Source: an uncultured Ideonella sp. (GTDB taxonomy: Bacteria; Pseudomonadota; Gammaproteobacteria; Burkholderiales; Burkholderiaceae_C). From it: a stretch of DNA of 64,000 nt. The notes under the pieces were generated by a model that saw only the letters and a list, made by a program, of their open reading frames with translations, was not told where the DNA came from and did no database searches. The stretch is from assembly GCA_966433995.1 (NCBI GenBank), contig CBJNAE010000001.1:7190-71189 (forward strand), written 5' to 3'. Of this stretch, positions 19,761 to 28,049 are shown one piece after another (position 1 is the stretch's first letter; each line of letters begins with the position of its first letter). The translations under genes and the position numbers were made by a program.

Positions 19761-22667
19761 ATGCAGACCCGCCCCAACCTTTCACCGGAACTGCCGGCCA
19801 CTACTTTACTGACGACGCCGCCGGTGTTTCCGGTCGATCCGCCCGTCTTGGCCCCTCCCGGCGCGCTCGCGCCTTTCGCGCCCAGCGCGCTGCAGGCGCA
19901 AGCCGCGCCAGGGCTGGTGCAGCTCACATGGCAGGACAACAGCCTCAACGAAGACGGTATCAAGGTCAGGCGCCGCGGCCCCACCGACACCGGCTTCGTC
20001 GACATCGCCATACTGGGCCCCAACGCTACCGCCTACGCCGACGCGACAACGCAGCCAAACACGACTTACACCTACCGCGTCCGCGCGTTCAACGCGGCCG
20101 GCGGCGCGGTGTCGAATGACGCCGTCGTGACCACGCCGCCGGCCGGCGGCGCCATCGCCGTGCCGCTGGCGCCCGGCGGGCTCACCGCCACGGCGCTGTC
20201 CCCGACCCAGGTGGCTCTGGCCTGGCAGGACAACAGCGGCAACGAGGACGGTTTTAAAGTGAAGCGCCAAGGCCCCGGCGAGACGGCGTTCACGGACATC
20301 GCCTCGCTGCCCGCCAACGCCACCGGTTACACCGACTCGGGCGCGCAGCCGGGCAGAACCTACACCTACCGGGTGCGCGCTTTCAACGCAGCGGGCGGCG
20401 CGGTGTCGAACGAGGCCGCTGTCGCCACGCCCGCCAACGACCTGCGCAAGTCCTTCACGATGGACTCGCGGGCCGGCAACCTGGCGCTGGTCGCCGGTGC
20501 CTCCACCACGTTCGTGGCCGGGCGCTTCGAGAAATTCACCAATGGCATCCCGACGCTGGATTTCGTGAACGCCAGCGCGAGCATCAGCCCGGCCGAACCG
20601 AGCATCGGGCTCAGCCTGTCGCCGGGCAACCCCATCGAGTCTTTCCAAGCGGTCAGCCTCACGATCACGACGACTACGGACACGCCGGCCCAGGCTTACG
20701 TGGTCACGATCAACGGTGCCTCGGCGGAAGACGGTCAGCCGTATTCGCCGGGTCGCATCCCGGTCACGGTGACGCCGCCGCCCAAGGTGGTGCTCGACGT
20801 CGCGCCGGGGATGCAGACAGTCCGCGCGGGTACCCCGGCCCGCTACGAGGTGCGGCTGCAGCGCGACGCCTTCACCCAGGGCGCGCAAGTCGAGCTGTCG
20901 GTGAACGAGTCGCGCCTGCCGCCGGGCGTGCGTGTGAGCTTCGACCCGCCCGCGCTCAACGGCAACCGTTCGACGATGACGGTGACGACCGAGCGTGTGG
21001 ACCTGCCCGACACGATCGACCTGCGCGTGCGCGGCCGCACGCCTGGCGTGCAGGTGATGGCCGCCGACGCGCGCCTGAAGATCCAGCCCGAAGTGGCACT
21101 CGCCGTGGCGCCGCCGACGGCCACGCTCGATGCGGGCCAGTCGCGGCGTTTCGATTTCACGGTGGTCCGCATGGGCTACGCCGGCAGCTTGATGCTGGCC
21201 GTCGACTTCCGCGAGCCCAAGCCTCTGTTCGCCGCGGTCACCATGCCGGCAAACTTCAGCGCGGGCTCGGCCTTCCAGGCCGACGTGCAGGTCAAGGAGG
21301 GCACCGCGCGCGGTAGCTACAGGCTATTCGCCCGGGCTGTGTTCCCCGGGGGGGCGAGCGTGCTGTCCAACGAAGCCGAGGTGCCGGTCGAGGTGCGGGC
21401 CCGCGGCCTGCTGCAACTGGCGGCCGACCGGTCCGGCGTCGCGTTGGCCCCCGGCGACACCGAGAACCTCGCCATCGGCCTGTCGGCCATCATGCCCAGT
21501 GGCCTGCAAGGCCGTGTCGAACTGAGCCTGGACACCGCCGACCTGCCGCAGGGCGTGCGCGTCAAATTCGACGGCGAAGAAGACAGGGTGCTGGTGGTGG
21601 ACCGCGCAGCGGCGTCGTTGCTCGACATCACGGCCGACGCGCTGGCGGCTGGCGGCGGCAGCTTCACCGTCAACGGCCGCTTCCTGGACGGGCCCGATGT
21701 CGAAGTGCGCGCCGTCACGGTCACCGTGCAGGCCCTGGCCGCGGCGTCCGTGGTCGTGGACTTCTTCGGGCCGGTCCGTTCGGTCGAGCAGGGCCAGACG
21801 GCCGCCTACACGCTGTTGCTGAAGGCGGTGAACTACGCTGGCGACGTGAGCTTGTCGGTGCCCGACCTGCCGCCCGGCGTGCCGCAGGCGGCGTTCGGGG
21901 CCAACCCGGTCAGGGTGTCGTCCGCTCAGGATCCGGTTCCCGTAGCGCTGAGCTTCGACACCGCGGGCGTCCCGGTGGGCACTTTCCTGTTCTCAGTGTT
22001 GGGCACCGCCGTACCGTCGGCCCAGGTCATCGTGCTCCGGGACGGGACACTGGACGTCACACCGGCACCGGTGCCGCTGCCTCCGCCTGCCATCGACGGC
22101 TTCTCGCCGGCCAGCGGCACCGTGGCCACGCCGGTCACCATCACGGGCGAGAATTTCGCCGCCGGCGCGCAGGTGACGTTCAACGGCGTGGCCGCAACCG
22201 CCAGCGTGGCGTCGGCCACGCGCATCGAAACAGCCGTGCCTTTGGGAGCCAGCCGTGGTCGCATCGGCGTGAAAACGACGGGCGCCGTGGTTCTCTCCGA
22301 CGCCGAGTTCGATGTCCTGACGGCGGGGGCGGTAGCGCTGTCGGTGACGCCGGCGGCGGTGGCGGCCGCACCGGGCCAACGGCTGCGCTACGTGGTGGGG
22401 CTGGCTCGGACCGGCTTCGCCGGCCCAGTGCAGCTGGCGGTCGAAGGCTTGCCCCCGGGCAGTGTGGTGGGGTTCGGTGAATCGCCCACCTTGGGCAACC
22501 AGGTGGCGCTTGACGTGCAGTTGCCGGCACGCGCGGCGGCAGGCGCCTACACGTTGACGGTCACGGGCCGCGCCGCCGGGCTGACGATCGAACCCGTGTC
22601 CACCCTGCTCAAACTGAAGGCGCGTGTCCCGGACACCGCGCCCGAGCTTGCAGACAGGGCGGCCTGA
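19761..22667 (+). CDS. large repetitive surface/adhesin-like protein: 2 x fibronectin type III, multiple Ig-like repeats, one IPT/TIG domain
   Basis: There are two FN3 repeats. The first reads LTWQDNSLNEDGIKVRRRGPTDTGF...TYTYRVRAFNAAGGAVSN. The second reads LAWQDNSGNEDGFKVKRQGPGETAF...TYTYRVRAFNAAGGAVSN. Repeated ~100-aa beta-rich modules follow. An IPT/TIG-like segment, IDGFSPASGTVATPVTITGENFAAGAQVTFNGVAA, lies near 22085-22320. No obvious signal peptide. Confidence 0.75.
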   Translation: MQTRPNLSPELPATTLLTTPPVFPVDPPVLAPPGALAPFAPSALQAQAAPGLVQLTWQDNSLNEDGIKVRRRGPTDTGFVDIAILGPNATAYADATTQPNTTYTYRVRAFNAAGGAVSNDAVVTTPPAGGAIAVPLAPGGLTATALSPTQVALAWQDNSGNEDGFKVKRQGPGETAFTDIASLPANATGYTDSGAQPGRTYTYRVRAFNAAGGAVSNEAAVATPANDLRKSFTMDSRAGNLALVAGASTTFVAGRFEKFTNGIPTLDFVNASASISPAEPSIGLSLSPGNPIESFQAVSLTITTTTDTPAQAYVVTINGASAEDGQPYSPGRIPVTVTPPPKVVLDVAPGMQTVRAGTPARYEVRLQRDAFTQGAQVELSVNESRLPPGVRVSFDPPALNGNRSTMTVTTERVDLPDTIDLRVRGRTPGVQVMAADARLKIQPEVALAVAPPTATLDAGQSRRFDFTVVRMGYAGSLMLAVDFREPKPLFAAVTMPANFSAGSAFQADVQVKEGTARGSYRLFARAVFPGGASVLSNEAEVPVEVRARGLLQLAADRSGVALAPGDTENLAIGLSAIMPSGLQGRVELSLDTADLPQGVRVKFDGEEDRVLVVDRAAASLLDITADALAAGGGSFTVNGRFLDGPDVEVRAVTVTVQALAAASVVVDFFGPVRSVEQGQTAAYTLLLKAVNYAGDVSLSVPDLPPGVPQAAFGANPVRVSSAQDPVPVALSFDTAGVPVGTFLFSVLGTAVPSAQVIVLRDGTLDVTPAPVPLPPPAIDGFSPASGTVATPVTITGENFAAGAQVTFNGVAATASVASATRIETAVPLGASRGRIGVKTTGAVVLSDAEFDVLTAGAVALSVTPAAVAAAPGQRLRYVVGLARTGFAGPVQLAVEGLPPGSVVGFGESPTLGNQVALDVQLPARAAAGAYTLTVTGRAAGLTIEPVSTLLKLKARVPDTAPELADRAA

Positions 22668-22778
22668 TGGGCGGCCCGCGGCCCGGCCTGTCCGAGCCGC
22701 GGGCCCAGGTATGCGCCCAGCGCGCAATCCCCTCGTCCCATCCGGGGTTGATGCGGACGACCGGTGGCGTGCCTCACA

Positions 22779-22834
22779 CTAGTCCAGTGAAACAGAGAAA
22801 TCGCACATCCGATTTCTCTGTTTCACTGGACTAG
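22779..22834. repeat. perfect 25-bp inverted repeat with a 6-nt loop (56-nt palindromic element)
   Basis: CTAGTCCAGTGAAACAGAGAAATCG (22779-22803), loop CACATC, then CGATTTCTCTGTTTCACTGGACTAG (22810-22834). The arms are 11/25 G+C, far below the surroundings. No U-tract follows. Confidence 0.9.
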
Positions 22835-22863
22835 GCTATCCCCGGCGCTGCCGCCGGTCTCCC

Positions 22864-23457
22864 ATGCATCCACCTTCCCGCAGCACCCGGAGGGGCACCC
22901 CACCCTCCTCCAAACCGCCCGGGTTCTGGTCCGCCCTGAAAGCCCAGGTCCAGGCCCACATGCCCACCCGCGAGGCGCTGGCCCGTCAGCGCTGGCTGGG
23001 TCCGCTCGCGCACCGGTTGGCCGAGCCCGGGCTGTGGCGAATGAAGCCCGAGGCGATGGCGCGCGGCGTGGCGATCGGGCTGTTCTGGGCTTTCGTGCTG
23101 CCTTTCGCGCAGATCCTGTTCGCGGCGGCGCATTGCGTCTGGTGGCGCGGCAACATCCCGCTGGCCGCGGGCCTGACGCTGGTAACCAACCCGTTCACGA
23201 TAGGCGGCTGGCTGTACCTGGCTTACCAGGTCGGCTCGGCCTTCGTGGGCTCGGCCGCCGACAGCGCCGCGGCGGCCGGCGAGTCGACCCTGGGTTTGCT
23301 GGGCACGCTGCAGTCCTTCGGTTGGCCCACCATGGTGGGCATGGGCACTTTCGCACTGGTGGGATCGGTGTCGGGCTACCTGATCACCCGCACCGCCTGC
23401 CGGGCCTGGTTCCATTGGCGGGTCGCGCGGCGGCAGCGGCGGCGCCGGGCAGTCTGA
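22864..23457 (+). CDS. DUF2062-domain membrane protein
   Basis: MKPEAMARGVAIGLFWAFVLPFAQILFAAAHCVWWRGNIPLAAGLTLVTNPFTIGGWLYLAYQVG matches the DUF2062 pattern, with 3-4 TM segments. Confidence 0.7.
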   Translation: MHPPSRSTRRGTPPSSKPPGFWSALKAQVQAHMPTREALARQRWLGPLAHRLAEPGLWRMKPEAMARGVAIGLFWAFVLPFAQILFAAAHCVWWRGNIPLAAGLTLVTNPFTIGGWLYLAYQVGSAFVGSAADSAAAAGESTLGLLGTLQSFGWPTMVGMGTFALVGSVSGYLITRTACRAWFHWRVARRQRRRRAV

Positions 23458-23472
23458 CCGGCGCCGCCCGGC

Positions 23473-24474
23473 TCAGCAGCCGGCTACCGGCGCGAGCGGC
23501 TGCCCCGCCAGCACCCGCGCGTAAACGCCGGTGTCGACATTGCCGCCCGTCACGACGATGCCGACGCGGCGGCCGCGCAGTTGCTCGCGCTGCTGCCAGG
23601 CCGCGGCGAGCGAGGCGGCGCCGGCGCCTTCGGCGGCGTTGTGCGTGTCTGAGAACAGGAAGCGCATGGCCTGCGCCACCTCCTGGTCGTCGACGGCGAC
23701 GATGTCGTCCACCTCATCGCGGATCACCCCCAGCGCCGCCGGCTCGGGCACGCAGCAGGCCATGCCGTCGGCCAGCCGGGTGGATACCGGGGATTCGACG
23801 GCTTCGCCGCGGCGGAAGGAGTCGAGGTAGGCGGTGGCGTGGGCCGACACCACGCCGACGATGCGCGTGGACGAGGCGCCGCTGTAGGCGCGCGCTGCGA
23901 CGCAGGCGGTGATGCCGGAACCCAGGCCGATGGGCACGAAGACCAAGTCGGGCGCGGCGTCACTTGCGAAACCTTCGAAGAACTCGACCCAGCAGGTGGC
24001 CACGCCGCGCACCAGGTCGCGGTGCAGGCTGGGCACCATGTGCAGTCCCTGTTCCTCGGCCAGCCGCGCCGCATGCTCGCGGGCTTGCTGGAAGTCGTCG
24101 CCGTGCTCGACCAGGCTGGCGCCGAGCGCGCGCATCGCCGCGTTCTTTTCCATCGAGTTGCCGTGCGGCACCACGATCGTGGCCTTCAACCCGAGCTGGG
24201 CCGCGGCGCGGGCGATCGACTGGCCGTGGTTGCCGCGCGTGGCGCTGACGACGCCGCGCAGCCGCGGCTCGCGCCGCAGCAGCTCGTGCAGGTAGACGAT
24301 GCCGCCGCGCACCTTGAAAGCGCCGGTGGGCGCGTGGTTCTCTTGCTTGACGTGCAGCTCGGCGCCCAGCCGCCGGTCCAGCAGCGGCCAGCGCATCGTC
24401 GGCGTGGGGGACAACTGGCGGTAGACCAAGGCTTGGGCGCTGGTGATGTCGGCGTGGGTGAGGGGCAGGAGCAT
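23473..24474 (-). CDS. PLP-dependent threonine/serine dehydratase-family enzyme (no ACT regulatory domain)
   Basis: HVKQENHAPTGAFKVRGG (PLP-lysine motif), SATRGNHGQS and GLGSGI. At 333 aa it lacks a C-terminal regulatory domain. The start is taken at ATG 24474. Confidence 0.8.
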   Translation of the reverse strand: MLLPLTHADITSAQALVYRQLSPTPTMRWPLLDRRLGAELHVKQENHAPTGAFKVRGGIVYLHELLRREPRLRGVVSATRGNHGQSIARAAAQLGLKATIVVPHGNSMEKNAAMRALGASLVEHGDDFQQAREHAARLAEEQGLHMVPSLHRDLVRGVATCWVEFFEGFASDAAPDLVFVPIGLGSGITACVAARAYSGASSTRIVGVVSAHATAYLDSFRRGEAVESPVSTRLADGMACCVPEPAALGVIRDEVDDIVAVDDQEVAQAMRFLFSDTHNAAEGAGAASLAAAWQQREQLRGRRVGIVVTGGNVDTGVYARVLAGQPLAPVAGC

Positions 24475-24519
24475 GGCGGTTGGGATGGTTGATGGGTCGG
24501 AAAATCGGCGATCGGCGGA

Positions 24520-24700
24520 GCGCTGCATGGCGTGCGAAGAAAAGCGGCGTCGCGAGGGACAGGGGCCAGGGGCTCCGTTCATGTCCCCCGTGGGCTTCGC
24601 CCACTCCTCCTTGACTTCTCTACGCCCCTGGCCCCTGTCCCTCGCTCAAAACCGTTGATGGCATGCCAAGAGGTCAAGGGATTCCATTGGTTCCCACACT
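24520..24700 (+). repeat. MITE/REP-like repeated element, copy 1 (core 24552-24645 with perfect 21-bp terminal inverted repeats)
   Basis: The core runs GCGAGGGACAGGGGCCAGGGG...CCCCTGGCCCCTGTCCCTCGC. The core plus about 30-55 nt on each side aligns by eye with the reverse complement of 63630-63810. Confidence 0.75.
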
Positions 24701-24753
24701 GCGAGGGCATCCCGTCCCCTTGCAGTGCCTCGCGCCAATCTGCCGAAAAACAG

Positions 24754-25473
24754 TCAATCGGTGTAGCCACTCGACAAGGTGACCACACCGCGCGGCGTTT
24801 CTAGCGTGGCATGCAAGCGGGCCGCGGGCGCGCCGGGCTGGGCCGGCGGCGCCTGCGACAGCGCCACGCCGTTCCAGCCGAGCGCGGCATAGGCGGCGGC
24901 CAGCAGGGCGGTGTCGTCGGCGATCACACGCAGCGCCGCCAGCTGCACGCCGCAACCGGGCATCCGCAAGCCGGGGGACTCGCTTTCCCATTCGATCAGA
25001 GTCGGCACCGCGCCGCCTAGCGGCAACGCGCCGTCCTCGCGCACCGTCAGGCGCCAGCGCAGCTCGCCCTGCTGGCCGGGGCGGCTCAACGCCATCGGCG
25101 TGCCGGGATCGATGCCGGCGGCGGCACGCAGGGCTGCGAGGTGGTCGTCCAGCCGCGTCGTGCGCACCACGGCGTGGACCAGGCGCGGCGCCCGCGCCAC
25201 CGCGTCGCGCAGGCCGGGCTCGTCCATGCCGAACCAGCGGCGGTGGGCCGGCGCGGGGGCCCCGGGGTCGATCGCGATGATTTCGGCGTAGGCGCCGGGC
25301 GCTGCCGGACCGGCGATCGAGAAAAGCCGGTTGTGGGTGCCCATGCGGGCATGCGTGCCGCCCGGCCCGGGCGTGATGCCCAGCGTCTCTTCGCACCAAG
25401 CCACGCCCTGCGCCAGGCTGCCGGCGACGATCACCAGGTGGTCCAGCGCCACCGGTTCGCAGGGCACCGCCAT
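24754..25473 (-). CDS. VOC/glyoxalase-like domain protein
   Basis: MAVPCEPVALDHLVIVAGSLAQGVAWCEETLGITPGPGGTHARMGTHNRLFSI...AEIIAIDP resembles the Glyoxalase-like domain family. It is the last gene of the minus-strand operon. Confidence 0.65.
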   Translation of the reverse strand: MAVPCEPVALDHLVIVAGSLAQGVAWCEETLGITPGPGGTHARMGTHNRLFSIAGPAAPGAYAEIIAIDPGAPAPAHRRWFGMDEPGLRDAVARAPRLVHAVVRTTRLDDHLAALRAAAGIDPGTPMALSRPGQQGELRWRLTVREDGALPLGGAVPTLIEWESESPGLRMPGCGVQLAALRVIADDTALLAAAYAALGWNGVALSQAPPAQPGAPAARLHATLETPRGVVTLSSGYTD

Positions 25474-25487
25474 GGCCGCGCCGCCCG

Positions 25488-26279
25488 TCACGCCGCTGCC
25501 GTTGCCGCCGCCACCGGCCAGCGCAGTCCGAAATGGCCGTCGAGCACCGCGTCGCGGTCGTGCGGCGCCACGGCGGTGGCGACCACGCCGTCGGCCGTGA
25601 CTTGCTTGAGGGTGTCGCCGAAGAGGATGTCCCGGCCCTGCTCGTGCTGCCGAACCACCAGCATCTTCTGCACGAAGATGGCGTCGGGGTGGGTGGAGTT
25701 CATGTAGTTGGCGGGTGCGAAGTCGACCCACTCCTGGGGCGACAGGTCGAAGCCGTACTGGTTGGCCCAGGCGCCTTCGACCCAGGCCTGCAGCAGGTAT
25801 TCGCCGGGCTGCGGCTGGGTGAGCTTGAAGCGGTCGAAGTCCTGCGCCACCTCGTCGCCCAGGCGGTCCAGGCGCATCGGCGCGCGGATGCCGTAGCTGC
25901 CGAAGCCCAGGTCGCAGAGCCAGTCGTGGCCGTCGGCGCGGGCCACCAGGGCCATGTGGGTGCGGGGCCGGCGCACCGGGTAGAACATCGGCCGCGCGGC
26001 GACGAAGCGGTAGGGGATGCCCAGCGCCTGCAGCGCCATCGCGAACAGGCCGTTGATCTCGTAGCAGTAGCCGCCGCGCCGCCGGTGGACGATCTTTTCG
26101 ACGATGTCCTCCGGCACCAGCGACACGCCCTTGCCGGCCTGCACGTCGAGGTTCTCGAAGGGCACGGCGAACAGCTGGCGGCGCATCAGCGCGGCGAGCG
26201 TGGCGGCGTCGGCCGCGGCCGGGCCGTCGTGGCCGATGCGCGAAAAGTAGGCGTTCAGGTCGAAATTGGCGGCTTGCAT
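25488..26279 (-). CDS. arylamine N-acetyltransferase (NAT family)
   Basis: YFSRIGH...LMRRQLFAVPFENLDV...RRGGYCYEINGLF (catalytic Cys context)...THMALV...WLCDLGFG, consistent with the NAT Cys-His-Asp triad. Confidence 0.88.
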   Translation of the reverse strand: MQAANFDLNAYFSRIGHDGPAAADAATLAALMRRQLFAVPFENLDVQAGKGVSLVPEDIVEKIVHRRRGGYCYEINGLFAMALQALGIPYRFVAARPMFYPVRRPRTHMALVARADGHDWLCDLGFGSYGIRAPMRLDRLGDEVAQDFDRFKLTQPQPGEYLLQAWVEGAWANQYGFDLSPQEWVDFAPANYMNSTHPDAIFVQKMLVVRQHEQGRDILFGDTLKQVTADGVVATAVAPHDRDAVLDGHFGLRWPVAAATAAA

Positions 26280-26308
26280 CGGGAGTTCCGTTCAGTGGGG
26301 TCTGGCTG

Positions 26309-27163
26309 TCAAAGGCTGACCGTGCCGCCAATGCAGGGCGCCACCGCGCCGCCCACCCAGACGGTGCCGTCGGCGGCTTGCTCGATGTGCACACGGCCGC
26401 GGCGGCCCAGGACGGTGCCCTGGCTGGCGACATAACGGGCAGGCGCGCGGCCGCTGCCGATCAGCCACTGGGCCAGCCCGGCGTTGAGGCTGCCGGTCAC
26501 TGGGTCTTCGAGGCCACCGGGCGCGAAGGCCCGCACCTCGAACTGGGCCTCGTCGCCGTCCACCGCCGGGTTCCAAGGGGCGACCGCGCCGAGTTTGAGG
26601 CCGGCCATGGCGGCGAAGTCGGGCGCCAGCGAGAGGACCTGCTCCCGGTTGGACAGCAGCACCGCCAGCCAGCCCGGGCCGTTGTCGACCCATTCGACGG
26701 CCCGCAGTTCAGCGGGCGCAAGTTTCAAGGCCCGCGCCACCTGGGCCTGGATGCCGGCGTCGGCCGCGCCGGCGCGCCGCAGCGGCGGTGCCGCGAAGGC
26801 CAGGCGCCCGCTTTCTCCGTCCTGCCGCACGTGCACCAGCCCGATGTCGCACTCCTGGACCACGACGCCCGGTTGCCGCGGACGGCCGCCCTCGGCCAGC
26901 CAGGCCGCGCAGCTGCCCAGGGTGGGATGGCCGGCGAAAGGCAGCTCGCCAGCGGCGGTGAAGATGCGCACGCGGTAGTCGGCCTCGGGCGACGACGGGG
27001 GCAGGAGGAAGGTGGTTTCCGACAGGTTGGTCCAGCGGGCGAAGGCGGCCATCCGATCGTCGTCCAGGCCCTCGGCGTCGGCCACGACGGCCAGGGGGTT
27101 GCCGCGCAGCGGCTCGGTGGAGAAGACGTCGACCTGGTGAAAAGGACGGGTGGTGGCGGTCAT
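26309..27163 (-). CDS. PhzF-family isomerase, paralog 1
   Basis: FHQVDVFSTEPLRGNPLAVV...ETTFLLPP...RIFTAAGELPFAGHPTLGS is the typical PhzF N-terminal pattern. Its start overlaps the stop of the upstream paralog (ATGA at 27160-27163). Confidence 0.85.
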   Translation of the reverse strand: MTATTRPFHQVDVFSTEPLRGNPLAVVADAEGLDDDRMAAFARWTNLSETTFLLPPSSPEADYRVRIFTAAGELPFAGHPTLGSCAAWLAEGGRPRQPGVVVQECDIGLVHVRQDGESGRLAFAAPPLRRAGAADAGIQAQVARALKLAPAELRAVEWVDNGPGWLAVLLSNREQVLSLAPDFAAMAGLKLGAVAPWNPAVDGDEAQFEVRAFAPGGLEDPVTGSLNAGLAQWLIGSGRAPARYVASQGTVLGRRGRVHIEQAADGTVWVGGAVAPCIGGTVSL

Positions 27164-28047
27164 GCGGAGGTTTCCGGTTGGAGGTCGAGGACGCCACGGC
27201 TCACGGGCCAGACTTCGCCGCTGACCCACAGCCCGCCGGCGCCGTCGCGGCGCACGCCGATGCGGCTCGGGCGGCCGGCATAGCGGCCTTGCGAAAGCGT
27301 CAATGGCTGGCGGGGGTCGGCCAGGCCGAGGTCGAACAGGTAGGCCGCGGCGGGGCCGGCGGCGCTGCCGGTGGCCACGTCTTCGACGCGGCCGAAGTGG
27401 TCCCAGGTGCGTTGTTCGCGGCCTTCGGCGTCCAGCAGCAGTGCGAACTTGGCGCCGAAGGGCGCGACCAGGGCCTCGACACTGGCGGACTGGGCCACGC
27501 CGCGTGCCAGCGCCCCGGGCCGCACCGGCAGGATGAGATAGGGCAGGCCGGTGGAGGCCACCCGGGCGGGCAGGCCGTCGACCAGGTCGTCGCGGCGCAG
27601 CCCCAGTCCATCGAGCACCGGACCGAGCAGGGCCGGGTCGATGGCACCGCCGAGTTCTCCGTCGCCCTGGTTCATCTCGGCGCGGTACTGGCCCTGCGAC
27701 AGCCGCGCGGTGCGCACCGGCAGGTCGCCCGCCGCGAGCTTGAGCAACCAGTCGCGCTCGGCGTCGCCGGGCGCGAAGGCGCGGTGCAGCACCGCGGCCG
27801 CGCCGAGCACCGGGTGGCCGGCGAACGGGAGTTCCTCGTCCACCGTGAACACCCGGGCGCCGGCTTCGCCCTGCGCCGTCGGCTCGGCCAGGAAGATGGA
27901 CTCGAACTGGTTCATCTCCCGGGTGAGCCGCTGCATGAAGGGCGCCGCCCAGCCGCCGGCGCCCAGGAAGACGGCCAGGCCATTGCCGGTCAGCGGACCG
28001 GTGGCGAAGACGTCGACATGGAAGAAGGTCGCGGCGGGCAGGCCCAT
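27160..28047 (-). CDS. PhzF-family isomerase, paralog 2
   Basis: FFHVDVFATGPLTGNGLAVF...ESIFLAEP...RVFTVDEELPFAGHPVLGA. It begins 2 nt after the aminotransferase stop. Confidence 0.85.
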   Translation of the reverse strand: MGLPAATFFHVDVFATGPLTGNGLAVFLGAGGWAAPFMQRLTREMNQFESIFLAEPTAQGEAGARVFTVDEELPFAGHPVLGAAAVLHRAFAPGDAERDWLLKLAAGDLPVRTARLSQGQYRAEMNQGDGELGGAIDPALLGPVLDGLGLRRDDLVDGLPARVASTGLPYLILPVRPGALARGVAQSASVEALVAPFGAKFALLLDAEGREQRTWDHFGRVEDVATGSAAGPAAAYLFDLGLADPRQPLTLSQGRYAGRPSRIGVRRDGAGGLWVSGEVWPVSRGVLDLQPETSA

Positions 28048-28049
28048 GG

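Noticed and set aside
24754-26433. 559-aa ORF suggesting one large protein
   Set aside because: Only its C-terminal 239 aa (from ATG 25473) look like a real VOC-type protein. The upstream part is Arg/Pro-rich and overlaps, in a different frame, the well-supported arylamine N-acetyltransferase gene (25488-26279).
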